Source: an uncultured delta proteobacterium (GTDB lineage: Bacteria > Desulfobacterota > Binatia > UBA9968). From it: a DNA stretch of 64,000 bases. Below, in pieces: positions 11,331 through 21,255 of this stretch (the first letter of the stretch is position 1; each line of letters begins with the position of its first letter). The notes under the pieces are model-generated. The model was given only the letters and a program-made list of their open reading frames with translations, ran no database searches and had not been told where the DNA came from. Where the stretch lies: contig CAVUZH010000013.1 of the NCBI GenBank assembly GCA_963745835.1, positions 608,001 through 672,000 on the forward strand, read 5' to 3'. The position numbers were made by a program, and so were the translations under genes.

Positions 11331-11888
11331 GTGTCGGCTTCAGACAGCAAGAGAGCTCGTTTCGAGAGCACCGTCTCGCCGCATCTGGATGCCGCGTACA
11401 ACTTAGCCCGCTGGCTTACCGGCAATGACGACGATGCCAAAGACGTGGTGCAAGAGACGATGCTCCGTGCCTTTATGTATTTCGACGGGTTCCGAGGCGG
11501 CGATGCGCGTTCGTGGCTACTCAAAATTGTTCGCAACACCTGTTTCACCTGGCTGCAGACGAATCGACGAAGCGAAACGTCAGCCATGGCGGCGGAAGAG
11601 CTGGAGGAACTCGCCATACCGGCTTTCCACTCAGGACCTGCTGAGGATCCTGAGACGCTGGCGCTTCGTCGGACGGCCGCTGTTCAGCTCAATGATGCGA
11701 TCGCCACGATACCAGCGGCATTTCGGGAGGTGATGGTTTTACGTGAGATGGAGGGACTTTCGTATAAAGAAATTGCCACTATCGTCGCCGCGCCGGTGGG
11801 CACTGTGATGTCGCGCCTAGCGCGAGCCCGGGCCGAGCTTCGACGCATCCTTGTGCAGTCATCATCAGCTGGGAGAGACGAGAAATGA
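11331..11888 (+). CDS. ECF RNA polymerase sigma-70 factor
   Basis: HLDAAYNLARWL, DAKDVVQE, SWLLKIVRN (region 2) and EGLSYKEIA..PVGTVMSRLARAR (region 4). Probable GTG start at 11331. Confidence 0.93.
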   Translation: MSASDSKRARFESTVSPHLDAAYNLARWLTGNDDDAKDVVQETMLRAFMYFDGFRGGDARSWLLKIVRNTCFTWLQTNRRSETSAMAAEELEELAIPAFHSGPAEDPETLALRRTAAVQLNDAIATIPAAFREVMVLREMEGLSYKEIATIVAAPVGTVMSRLARARAELRRILVQSSSAGRDEK

Positions 11889-12652
11889 CACCCGAGAACA
11901 CTCGCATCCTATTGAACGCATATATCGACGGCGAGCTCGATGTCGCCTCGACCATTGAAGTGGAGTCTGAGATCGAGAAATCGGCCGCGTTGCGACAGGA
12001 ACTGGAGCGTCTATCCGCACTGCAGGACCTGGTGCAGAGTCGGGCGGCGCGGTTTGATGCTCCGTCTCATTTGCGTAGATCTCTGGCTGCCGCGTCCCAT
12101 GACGCTGCAGCCGAATCGTCGGGAGTTTCGGCCTGGTGGCGTACGATTGCTATTGGCGCAAGCGCCAGTGCTGCCGCTGCTGTGGCACTTTTACTCTGGA
12201 GTCTTGGTTCTACTTTCTTGGATCAGCAAACTCGCGGTATCCTCATCGATGAGGTTGTCAGCGCTCATCTCCGTTCTCTGATGGCGGATCACCTGACCGA
12301 CCTCGCGTCTTCGGAGCGCCATTCGGTCAAGCCCTGGCTTTCCAACCGATTGCATTTCGCACCGCCGGTACATGAACTGGCGCGCGACGGGTTTATTCTC
12401 CTGGGTGCGCGACTGGACTACGTCGGCGGGAAACCGACCGCGGCAATCGTCTACCGTCAGCGCCAGCACCTGATCAATGTCTTTATCCACCCGGCGGAGG
12501 CGAGCAGCGAAGGTTCGATCAAGCTTTCGAGCCACCGTGGCTACAACTCTGTCACATTTGAATTTGCCGGCATGAGTTATTGGGTAGTATCCGATCTTAA
12601 TCAGAACGACCTTGCCCAACTGGCTAAGCTTCTCCAACTGCCGGCGACATAG
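11885..12652 (+). CDS. Transmembrane anti-sigma factor
   Basis: ATGA overlap with the sigma gene; LLNAYIDGEL N-terminal domain, TM helix, SERHSVKPW and GARLDYVGG periplasmic motifs. Confidence 0.9.
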   Translation: MTPENTRILLNAYIDGELDVASTIEVESEIEKSAALRQELERLSALQDLVQSRAARFDAPSHLRRSLAAASHDAAAESSGVSAWWRTIAIGASASAAAAVALLLWSLGSTFLDQQTRGILIDEVVSAHLRSLMADHLTDLASSERHSVKPWLSNRLHFAPPVHELARDGFILLGARLDYVGGKPTAAIVYRQRQHLINVFIHPAEASSEGSIKLSSHRGYNSVTFEFAGMSYWVVSDLNQNDLAQLAKLLQLPAT

Positions 12653-13139
12653 ACAATCCCCCCACAGCTTCTTACTCGTAAGCCAGCGCATTCGGATAGC
12701 CGCGCTTTACCCAGGCGATCTGCAGATTGATCCGCCGGCCCAGGCCGCAATCGCTTCCACGGAAAGGCTCAAATCGTTTGTTGACAGTTACGTGTCGGGT
12801 AGCCATGGGTCAGAGTTTTGCGTACTTGATGTCTCTGGAACAGATTCAACACGATACTTTCGTTCTAGACTTTCTAGCTGTTCTTTCGTACATTCGCACA
12901 GGCACTTTGAATCCAACTCCACAACTTAGCTCGCGATCGCCACGCCGTTGCGCAGGCCGCGCAACTTGACTCTAGGCGATTTTACACGGGTCAACATACT
13001 CGCGGGGTCACTCTGAGCTAGACGACTCCAACTGTCTCCACGTGACCCAATTGTCCAACGACCGTCCTAACTCTGAACGGCCTTCGCAGCACAGATATAA
13101 GCCGGGGCGGAGCAGGTCTCGGCTCACCTCTTTCCACGC

Positions 13140-13508
13140 GAGCTAAAAAAAAGTGAAACCATACTCAAACAAGCCGCCAAGGAGGTTCGCGCCGACGGCG
13201 TGCTCTTGATGCGATCCGTCAGGGTGGAAGAGAGGACCAACTATCCTCCGGTCGGGCCGGCAATTTCGTTCGGGATCTTTGGCTCAAACGCCGGCGCTGA
13301 GTGGATTGGAATTCCCGGGTCGTCCGGTCCTTACCGTTACAACGAATACACCTCCGAGACCGCGCTCTACGAGCTCGCCAAGAACGACTTGGTGTGGACC
13401 GGCACCCTCACGATGAGAGAGCCGACAAATGTGCAAACAGCGATCAAGTCCTATGTGCAAACCGTCACGGAAGCGCTCGCCGAGCAAAATCTGTTTCCGA
13501 AAAAGTAA
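13140..13508 (+). pseudogene. C-terminal fragment of a DUF4136-like lipoprotein gene
   Basis: ...AKEVRADGVLLMR...ETALYELAKNDLVWTG...AL..QNL pattern; no N-terminus or signal peptide upstream. Confidence 0.45.
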
Positions 13509-14000
13509 TTGGCCCTGGCGGATGGACGCAGCCGCTCAGGCCGCGATCAGTGCCGCTAGCCAGTGTCGCGCTGGTGATAAATGATCGCGCTCATGCTTCG
13601 CATAGAATTTTTCCCGTGCTAATCGTGTGATGTGACAAGGCGCTTGAAGCTTGCGCCGTTCAAAATATGCCGTTCAACCTATTTTCTCAATCCGTTTAGC
13701 AGTTCAACGGTTCAACCATCCAACGACCGCACACCCTACCGCAATTCTTCCGAACGTTTTCCAATTCTCGAAAAAAGGAACCCCCCTTCGGTTTCTGTCG
13801 CTCAGCTCGTTCACGTCGCTCGGAGCGGGCACGTCTTTTATGAGTGGAGGGTACGATTGCTGGAAGCTGAAGTTCGAGCTGAAAACTGACACTAATAGCT
13901 AGCGCGTCTTTTGACTCTGAGGCGACCGACCCGCGGCGGAGGTTTGCGCTTCGCCGACTGGCTGCTAGTGTATGATGTAATTTTCGGGTGCGTTGTAGAG

Positions 14001-15920
14001 ATGAATTCTTCAGACGATGTCCTCGATGCGGTGCAGGCGCCTGTCCGCGATGCCGATGTGAGCAGTTTGGAAAGGGCCCGGTTACTAGTCGCTAGTAAGT
14101 TTTCTGCGGATGAACGCGCCCACGACTCTATCGACCGCGGCAGAGAAGCCGCTGACATTCTCGGTAAACTCGGAATGGATGCCGAGACGCGTGCAGTTGC
14201 GCTGCTGCTTCCGTTGATCGACGAGGGTGCGCTCGATCCGGCGGCGGTCGAGAAAGGGATCGGCGCTGAGGTTGCCCGCTTGACTCACGGAGCCCTTCGT
14301 CTCGCCAGCCTTAAAGATCTGCGCAAAACCACAACGGAGACTTTACAAGCCAATCGTCTGCGGCAGATGCTGTTGACGATCGCGGAGGACCCACGCGTTG
14401 TCCTTGTGAGCCTGGCACACCAGATCTGTGCTCTGCGCGCCGCCAGGAACGCCGTGGAACAGACACGACGCGCAGTCGGTCAGGAAACCCTCGACGTCTT
14501 CGCGCCACTCGCGAACCGCTTGGGCGTCTGGCAGCTCAAAGAGGAGCTCGAAGATCTCGCCTTTCGATACTTAGAGCCAGACACCTATCAGCGCATCGCA
14601 AACGGGCTGGACCAGCGGCACACGGACCGTAGAGGTTACATCGCGCAGGTTACTGCGCGGTTGCGCGAAGAATTAAGTCGCGCCGGCATAAGCACCGAGA
14701 TTAGCGGTCGTCCAAAGCACGTTTACAGTGTCTGGAACAAGATGCGCCAAAAGGGCCTCGACCTCAGTGAGGTTTTCGATGCCCTTGGCTTTCGGATCCT
14801 GGTGCATGATGTGAGCGATTGTTATGCGGCGCTTAGCGTGGTGCACGGGTTATGGGAGCCGATGCTGGATGTATTTGACGACTACATTGCCAAACCCAAA
14901 ACCAACGGTTACCAATCGCTGCACTCGGCAGTGACAGGTCCGGAGGCAGTAACGATGGAGGTGCAAATCCGGACCTTCGCCATGCACCGCCACGCCGATC
15001 TGGGAGTGGCGGCTCATTGGCAATACAAGGAAGGTCTGCAAAAGCGCATCGCATGGTCACGCAGCTTCCTGGAAACCGGGGAGAGCGCGCCGCCGGACTC
15101 AGACCTTATTGAGCGCTTCAAGCAAGCGGCTTTCCACGATCGGATCTACGTGCTCACGCCGCAGGGTCATATAATAGATCTCCCGCCTGAGGCGACGCCG
15201 CTCGACTTTGCCTACGCGGTTCACACGCAGGTGGGTCACCGCTGCCGCGGCGCCAAGGTTGACGGGATTATGGTCCCGCTTACGAAGGCACTCGTTAGCG
15301 GCCAACAAATAGAGATTTTGACAACGCGGGAAGGCCATCCTAGTCGCGACTGGTTGAATCCCCATCTTGGATATCTGAGAACGGCCTCTGCGCGCGCGAA
15401 GGTCCGTCGCTGGCTCAAGCAGCAAGATCATGAAGCACACGTAGCCCAGGGCCGGGCCGTGCTGGAGCGTGAGCACCGGCGCTTGGGTCTCAGCGAGATC
15501 AACATTGCCGAACTCACCAAACGTTTCAAAATGCGGCGGCCCGAGGATCTGCTAGCAGCGCTCGGTTGCGGCGACATCAGCGCTGCGCGGCTCGGCCAGG
15601 CGCTCGGCACCGAGGCATCTCCTCAAGCGCCGAGCACTGCGGCATCATTGCCTTCGACAGCTTCGCGGGGCAGCTTGCTGGTGCAGGGTACCAGCAATGT
15701 TCTGACCAAGATTGCAGGTTGTTGCAGGCCCGCGGCGGGCGAGCCCATTGGCGGCTACGTCACCGCGCAGGGCGGCGGCATCTCGATTCACCGACGCGAT
15801 TGTAAGAACCTCGAACGGCTCGCGATGCTACGGCCTCACAAGCTGGTGGAAGTTGCGTGGGGTGAAAGTCGGCAGCGCCGTGCCGCTCGGAGAATGGAGC
15901 GAAAAACGGACGCGGATTGA
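14001..15920 (+). CDS. relA: RelA-like (p)ppGpp synthetase with degenerate HD domain, TGS and zinc-finger domains, lacking the ACT domain
   Basis: FAPLANRLGVWQLKEELEDL, GRPKHVYS, FDDYIAKPKTNGYQSLH, EVQIRT, AAHWQYKE, TPLDFAYAVHTQVGHRC, PSRDWL, CCRP...IHRRDC. The HD motif position reads LLPLIDE. Confidence 0.88.
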   Translation: MNSSDDVLDAVQAPVRDADVSSLERARLLVASKFSADERAHDSIDRGREAADILGKLGMDAETRAVALLLPLIDEGALDPAAVEKGIGAEVARLTHGALRLASLKDLRKTTTETLQANRLRQMLLTIAEDPRVVLVSLAHQICALRAARNAVEQTRRAVGQETLDVFAPLANRLGVWQLKEELEDLAFRYLEPDTYQRIANGLDQRHTDRRGYIAQVTARLREELSRAGISTEISGRPKHVYSVWNKMRQKGLDLSEVFDALGFRILVHDVSDCYAALSVVHGLWEPMLDVFDDYIAKPKTNGYQSLHSAVTGPEAVTMEVQIRTFAMHRHADLGVAAHWQYKEGLQKRIAWSRSFLETGESAPPDSDLIERFKQAAFHDRIYVLTPQGHIIDLPPEATPLDFAYAVHTQVGHRCRGAKVDGIMVPLTKALVSGQQIEILTTREGHPSRDWLNPHLGYLRTASARAKVRRWLKQQDHEAHVAQGRAVLEREHRRLGLSEINIAELTKRFKMRRPEDLLAALGCGDISAARLGQALGTEASPQAPSTAASLPSTASRGSLLVQGTSNVLTKIAGCCRPAAGEPIGGYVTAQGGGISIHRRDCKNLERLAMLRPHKLVEVAWGESRQRRAARRMERKTDAD

Positions 15921-15939
15921 AAATAGATAGGTAATTAAA

Positions 15940-16260
15940 AACCCGAAGCGGTTCGGATTGTTCGTGCTGAACTACGCCGTAACGGCCAACCATATTAGCC
16001 TGCTAGTGAAGGACACAGGCGGAGACGTGATTCCGTGAAACGTGCAGCTACTCGCTGAGAGAGCGGCCACGAGATCAATCAGCCCAAAGACTGGAATTCG
16101 GGAGCCATACCGATCAGTCTAAGCGACGGGGACGGCGGAAACGTTTACTCTATGGAACGAAGGGAAGCTTACAGCGATGTTTTTGCCAAGCGAAAATCAC
16201 GCTCCAAGAATAGACAACCGGCGATTTTAGGACGAAAGGCGCAGAACAAGTACACAGCTT
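15940..16260 (+). pseudogene. Y1/HUH (RAYT-like) transposase relic
   Basis: KRFGLFVLNYAVTANHISLLVKDTGGDVIP*NVQLLA resembles the HUH region, followed by a degraded C-terminal segment. Confidence 0.6.
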
Positions 16261-16280
16261 GGTCGCCGAGAGTCAGGTGA

Positions 16281-17162
16281 TTACTGATCCTCGAAGAGAT
16301 ATCTGGCGGTAAAGCCGAGCAAGTCCCGAGCCTTTTTACAGTCGTAACCGCTCCAGTTTCCTTGCAGATCTGTGCGCAGGATCACATTGGGAAAATACTC
16401 TTTAGCCAGCTCTATAGTCGGATTGGCCATGATCGTGTTTGAAGCGCAAATGTTGAACGGCTCATGATTTGAAAAATCGCTTTCGGCCGCGAGGCGGCAC
16501 GCGACCGCGGCATCCCTAACGTCGATATAAGTCCACAAGGGTCCCGCCCACCTCAGCGGGTTTTTACGCCGCTCAAGGAGGTTTCTTTGAGTGAAATCGG
16601 CTGAGATTCCGGCGAATCGGAGGCTGGCGATTTGCATTTCGCTCCTGCGCGCGAAAGCATCGCAAATGCGTTCTCCAGCGAGCTTCGAGACGCTGTAAGG
16701 ATCCTGGGGTACCAGGGGGTGAGCTTCGTCCACGGGCATGTACTCAGGCGCGACGAATCGGCTGGGATAGTAGAAGCCGTAGATCGTCAGGCTAGATCCC
16801 ATCACGAGCTTCTTCACTCCGGCGGCAAGTGCGGCGGCGACTACGTTGTAACTGATGGTGATGTTGTAACTGAAAACTTGCGCGTCTCCGAACACGTCGG
16901 GAATGTTCCACGTGCGGGATGTCGGATTGAAACCGTTGCTCGTGTAGGGAAACTTTTGTCGCGCAAGATGAATGACGGCGTCAGCCCTCGCAAATACCTC
17001 GGCGAGCTGTTGCGCTTGGGCCAGGTCAACCACCAACGAATCGCATCCACGATCTTGGATGGGAATTTTGTCAATTGCCAGCACATGGTGACCGTGACCA
17101 ACCAGTTCTTTGGTAGTCAACCGTCCAAGCCTGCCGGCGCCGCCAGTCACGACGATCTTCAT
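16281..17162 (-). CDS. NAD-dependent epimerase/dehydratase (extended SDR)
   Basis: MKIVVTGGAGRLG Rossmann motif, DAVIHLA, YSVSK catalytic YxxxK, YIDVRDAA. Confidence 0.9.
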   Translation of the reverse strand: MKIVVTGGAGRLGRLTTKELVGHGHHVLAIDKIPIQDRGCDSLVVDLAQAQQLAEVFARADAVIHLARQKFPYTSNGFNPTSRTWNIPDVFGDAQVFSYNITISYNVVAAALAAGVKKLVMGSSLTIYGFYYPSRFVAPEYMPVDEAHPLVPQDPYSVSKLAGERICDAFARRSEMQIASLRFAGISADFTQRNLLERRKNPLRWAGPLWTYIDVRDAAVACRLAAESDFSNHEPFNICASNTIMANPTIELAKEYFPNVILRTDLQGNWSGYDCKKARDLLGFTARYLFEDQ

Positions 17163-17281
17163 AACGATAATTTTTTCCCCACTCGGTTTCTCGTTTAACG
17201 TGTTCCCCAAGTCGTTGTCAACGAAACTCAGGCATCACTGACGATCACAATGTGGTTTTATACCTCTCTCTTTCAGGCGGT

Positions 17282-17310
17282 TTGACTTGAAAGAACCACT
17301 TGAATAAGCT
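17282..17310 (+). promoter_or_regulatory. Putative sigma-70 promoter of the SBP-Rieske-aldolase operon
   Basis: TTGACT-17 nt-TAAGCT, about 45 nt upstream of ATG 17355. Confidence 0.5.
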
Positions 17311-17354
17311 CGGCGGCATCTACGGGCACTGTGATGACAATAGGAGGGAAGCCG

Positions 17355-18338
17355 ATGAGATGCCGAACTTGTTTGTCATTTTTATTGAGCTTCTTCCTCG
17401 GTTTGGTGTTTTTCTCGCGCCAAAGCTTTTCCGCGGAAACCACCAAAGCAATCATCGGCGTAGAGGCGCCGACGCTTTCCGATCTGCCGCTGTCCATGGC
17501 GCTCAAAAAGGATTTTTTTAAGAGCGAGGGATTGAACATCTTGGAGGTGCTTTTCAGAAGCGGACCGACGGCCATACAGGCCCTTGTTTCAGGATCAATT
17601 CAATTCAGCACCGGCTTCGGTACGGGAACTCGGGCTGCGATGGCGGCCGCGCCGCTCAAAGGCATCGTTGGATTCAACAACAAACCGGCGTTTATTCTTT
17701 ACGGCCGGAGGGAGTCCGGCATCCGCTCTATCGCCGATATTAAGGGAAAAAAGATCGCCGTCACCGGCGTCGGCAGCACTACGGACTATGCCGCGCGAGC
17801 GATCCTGACGCATCACCGCATTGATCCCGACAAAGAAGTTTCCATTTTGGCGGTTGGCAGCGAGAGCGTCTTTCCCGCGCTGCAAAAAGGGTCGGTCGAT
17901 GCGGCCATATTGTGGGCACCAAGCTTTGCGGTTGCGGAGAAGCTGGGTATGGTCAGGATCCAGTCCTTGGCCGAGATTCTGGAACTCCCGGGATCGGGAG
18001 TGGTCGTTTCCGATCAGCTCATAAAAGAAAACCCGATGCTGATCAAGAAATTTTTGCGCGGTACGCTGAAAGGTTTTCAATACGTGCATGATCCGAAAAA
18101 CCGAGATGACATTATCAACTCGATCTCCAAAGATTTCCGTTTGGAACCGGACATCGCCACAATCAACTACCAGTTTATTTTGGGAATTCTAACCAAGGAC
18201 GGTTTGATTTCCCGGCGCGCCATCGAAACCGGAATCGAGCTGACGCGCCAGCGTGTCAAAACCAACGAGCCGACCGCCGACTTAGCGAAAAAGATGTACG
18301 ACTTTTCCTTGTTGGAAGAAGTTCAAAAGGGAAAATAA
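17355..18338 (+). CDS. ABC transporter substrate-binding protein, NMT1/SsuA-like
   Basis: Signal peptide, FFKSEGL, IKGKKIAVTGVGSTTD; SD AGGAGG. Confidence 0.85.
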   Translation: MRCRTCLSFLLSFFLGLVFFSRQSFSAETTKAIIGVEAPTLSDLPLSMALKKDFFKSEGLNILEVLFRSGPTAIQALVSGSIQFSTGFGTGTRAAMAAAPLKGIVGFNNKPAFILYGRRESGIRSIADIKGKKIAVTGVGSTTDYAARAILTHHRIDPDKEVSILAVGSESVFPALQKGSVDAAILWAPSFAVAEKLGMVRIQSLAEILELPGSGVVVSDQLIKENPMLIKKFLRGTLKGFQYVHDPKNRDDIINSISKDFRLEPDIATINYQFILGILTKDGLISRRAIETGIELTRQRVKTNEPTADLAKKMYDFSLLEEVQKGK

Positions 18339-18361
18339 GGCGGCACCGGGAGATAAACGAT

Positions 18362-19567
18362 ATGGAAGCAAGAGAGGAAAAGTCAGGATTGTCGGCAATT
18401 TGTCACGTCGGGCCGGGCACTGTCGGCGGTGAGATGTTCAGGTGCTACTGGCTGGCGATTTGTCGCGCCGAAGATTTAAAGGACATCCCTCGGGCGGTTA
18501 AAGTTCTGGGCGAGGAGTTAGTACTTTTCCGCGATGGCAACGGCCGCCTTGGGCTCGTGGGACTTCACTGCTCCCATCGGGGAACGTCGCTGGAATACGG
18601 TGACATCGAAGCCCGTGGAATCAGATGTCCCTATCACGGCTGGCTTTATGATGTCGACGGAAACTGTTTGGATCAGCCGCTCGAACCCAAGGGAAGCACC
18701 TTCTGTCAGAAGGTCAGACACTTAAGCTATCGGGTGCGAGAATCGGGCGGACTGCTCTTTGCCTACATGGGTGCCAAGGAGAGCGAACCTCCGCCCCTGC
18801 CGCGCTATTCGACACTGGTTCGCGACGACGGGGTACGGTTAGTGCTTCCACCGCGATATTGGGATTACAACTGGTTCAACTTTTTTGAAAATACCATCGA
18901 CTCTCTGCATGCCTTCTTCTTACACAAACCGAGTCGCGCTGATCGCTCCTGGGAAAACGCATTTTGGGATTATCCGGGCGATCATCATATCGAAGCGCTA
19001 CGAACGGAGTATGGGCTCAAGACGATCGTTCATTGGCCAGGCCCGACGCCGGACACACTTTATGTGCGGCTCACGAGCTTGGCCTTGCCGACGGTTTTTT
19101 CACTCGGCGGTCGCGGCGTGGAAGAAGAAGGGTTTGAACGATTGCTGTTTGTTACACCCGCCGATGACGACAATTTTATGGTCTTCAGTAGCGACTTTGT
19201 TCCGCGCGATAAGGCGGAAGTCATCAAGAAAAGAGATCAAACCCGTTATATTCCGCCGACCGCGGAGCCGGTAAAAGAATATGACAAGCGCAAGAATGTG
19301 CCCTATCGGGGTCAAGTGTGGAAAGAAGACTATATCTGTCAGTCCACACAAGGAAAAATCGGCTACCGTGACGAGCAATTGGCAACCTCCGATCGCGGCG
19401 TGATTCTGCTCCGCAGGATTCTCTTGGAAGCGATTGAAACCGTGCAAAGGGGCGGCGCACCCCAGGGGATTATTCCCAAAGAAAAAGAACATGAGATGAT
19501 TACTCTGGATGCTTTTCGGCGAATCCTTCCTCGCTCGGAACTGGATCAGGTCACGCGAGCAGCTTGA
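18362..19567 (+). CDS. Rieske non-heme iron oxygenase alpha subunit (phthalate 4,5-dioxygenase/VanA/LigX-like)
   Basis: CSHRG...CPYHGW Rieske ligands; ENTIDSLHAFFLH and KED mononuclear Fe motifs; EQLATSDRGV. Confidence 0.92.
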   Translation: MEAREEKSGLSAICHVGPGTVGGEMFRCYWLAICRAEDLKDIPRAVKVLGEELVLFRDGNGRLGLVGLHCSHRGTSLEYGDIEARGIRCPYHGWLYDVDGNCLDQPLEPKGSTFCQKVRHLSYRVRESGGLLFAYMGAKESEPPPLPRYSTLVRDDGVRLVLPPRYWDYNWFNFFENTIDSLHAFFLHKPSRADRSWENAFWDYPGDHHIEALRTEYGLKTIVHWPGPTPDTLYVRLTSLALPTVFSLGGRGVEEEGFERLLFVTPADDDNFMVFSSDFVPRDKAEVIKKRDQTRYIPPTAEPVKEYDKRKNVPYRGQVWKEDYICQSTQGKIGYRDEQLATSDRGVILLRRILLEAIETVQRGGAPQGIIPKEKEHEMITLDAFRRILPRSELDQVTRAA

Positions 19568-19634
19568 TCCTGCCTTCATCCTACAGAATGCGTTATGGTG
19601 TTAAATTAAGAAAACATCTTTTGTGGAGGCGTAA

Positions 19635-20606
19635 ATGGTAAGTGCCGATGATGTGCAAGGGGTAATGGCGATGATGCCTGCGTTCTCAACGGACGAGGCC
19701 GGCGATCTTAATGCGACATCGACGGTAGCCGTTGACAATTTGCAGGCGGGCGTGGACCGAATAATCCGCGATGGGATCGACGTCATTACTACTACCGGTA
19801 GTTTCGGTGAGTGTTACAACGTGTTCTGGGACGAGTTTAAGACCATCGCATCAGCTACAGTTGAAGCCGCTAAGAAGCGTGTACCGGTTTTCATCGGCAG
19901 TACCAGCCCCAACGCACGAGAAGTGGTCCGGCGTCTCAAGTTCGTGCAAGACCTCGGCGCTGACGGTACATTGCTTGGCGTGCCCTACTATGATGCTCAA
20001 TCGCCAGACTATATCGCCGACTTTTATGCGCAGATTGCAGAAATGTTCCCAAAGTTGGGAATCCTGATTTACCACAACCCTGTCAATCACAAGGTTAAGA
20101 TTCCCGTCTCGGTGTTTCCGAAGTTGGTGAAGTATCGGAATATCATCGGTATGAAAGATAGCCATCGCGACACCCGTGAGTTCGTCAGACTTATCGATAT
20201 CATACGTGGCAAGATCAGTGTCATGACGAATCAAGCGCAGATGTTTCCATATTATAAGATGGGTGCGGCCGGTTGCTGGTCGATTGATGCGTGGATGGGC
20301 CCGTGGCCGGTGCTCTACCTACGTAACCTTGTTAGAGCAGGCAAAGACCAAGAAGCGCTTCAGGTCATTGCAGAAATCATGAGTGCCGCTGGTGGGGAGA
20401 GATCTGGGGGCAGTGAGGGGGCCACCGCCAAGCTGCCGATCGAGTACGCTGGATACGTCAAACCTGGCCCTGCGCGAACTCCGATCGTGAAGTTTCCAGA
20501 GACCGTTAGCGAACGCGCCAAGAAAAAAGCAGAAGGTTGGAAAAAACTTTGCGACAAGTATCGGCCGCTCGTAGAGGAAGAAAATAAGGTAAAAGCGGCG
20601 TCCTGA
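19635..20606 (+). CDS. DapA/NAL-family aldolase, NahE/PhdJ-like hydratase-aldolase
   Basis: TTGSFGEC (GxxGE), IYHNP, GMKDS Schiff-base Lys; operonic with a Rieske oxygenase. Confidence 0.8.
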   Translation: MVSADDVQGVMAMMPAFSTDEAGDLNATSTVAVDNLQAGVDRIIRDGIDVITTTGSFGECYNVFWDEFKTIASATVEAAKKRVPVFIGSTSPNAREVVRRLKFVQDLGADGTLLGVPYYDAQSPDYIADFYAQIAEMFPKLGILIYHNPVNHKVKIPVSVFPKLVKYRNIIGMKDSHRDTREFVRLIDIIRGKISVMTNQAQMFPYYKMGAAGCWSIDAWMGPWPVLYLRNLVRAGKDQEALQVIAEIMSAAGGERSGGSEGATAKLPIEYAGYVKPGPARTPIVKFPETVSERAKKKAEGWKKLCDKYRPLVEEENKVKAAS

Positions 20607-20789
20607 AGTCTTCAGTTGGTCGGGGCCCGCGCCTCTCCACTTACTCCCGCTTTCTTCACTAGCCGTTGTCATTTACTGGAGTTTGTCAACTTGATCAACT
20701 ACAATCCCACATCACTGCACACGCATGCTGCGGGCGCTGCGCAACGCGAATTTGTTTTTTGCAAATTGAGCGCTAGATCAGTGCCGGGT

Positions 20790-20992
20790 TAGTGGAAAAC
20801 CTCTTGAAGCTCGACGCCGGTCGCCGAGCGGTTCTATACTCCCTACCGCGAGCAGTTTAATCCCGATCTCAGGGTACCCGACGCGGTGGTCGAAGAATGG
20901 ATTTCCGTGGGAATGTTTAGAGCAAAGAAAAAATCACCGCCAAGCCGCAACAGGTCGTCGATTGGACGTTTGCCGAAAGAGCCCGACGCTGA
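20790..20992 (+). pseudogene. C-terminal remnant of another substrate-binding protein gene
   Basis: Frames stitch to ...VAERFYTPYREQFNPDLRVPDAVVEEWISVG...PQQVVDWTFAERARR*; no 5' part. Confidence 0.5.
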
Positions 20993-20995
20993 TCA

Positions 20996-21060
20996 TTGAA
21001 AGTAAAGACCTGACCCCAAAGCACAACGTCAAAAAGCAAGACTTGACCGGAGCCTGACAT
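20996..21060 (-). repeat. Y1-element-type end motifs (agtaaagacctgacccc; gcaagacttgacc)
   Basis: Reverse complement shares gtcaggtctttacttt with 28015-28030; the motif is reiterated within 60 bp. Confidence 0.55.
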
Positions 21061-21255
21061 TCGCTACCCCCGAAGCACGAGCCCAATCTTCTTTCTCTGC
21101 TGATACTGACGATTCATCTTGATTGCGTCTCTAGGACTACACCTTAATTTAATTGTATCTAATTGAACGATCGGTGGGGTAAATAGGATCCACCAGCTTT
21201 CGCATTCGGTAAGAAATCTGATAAGAGACGCTGATCAACTTGAGGAGAGCGGAGA

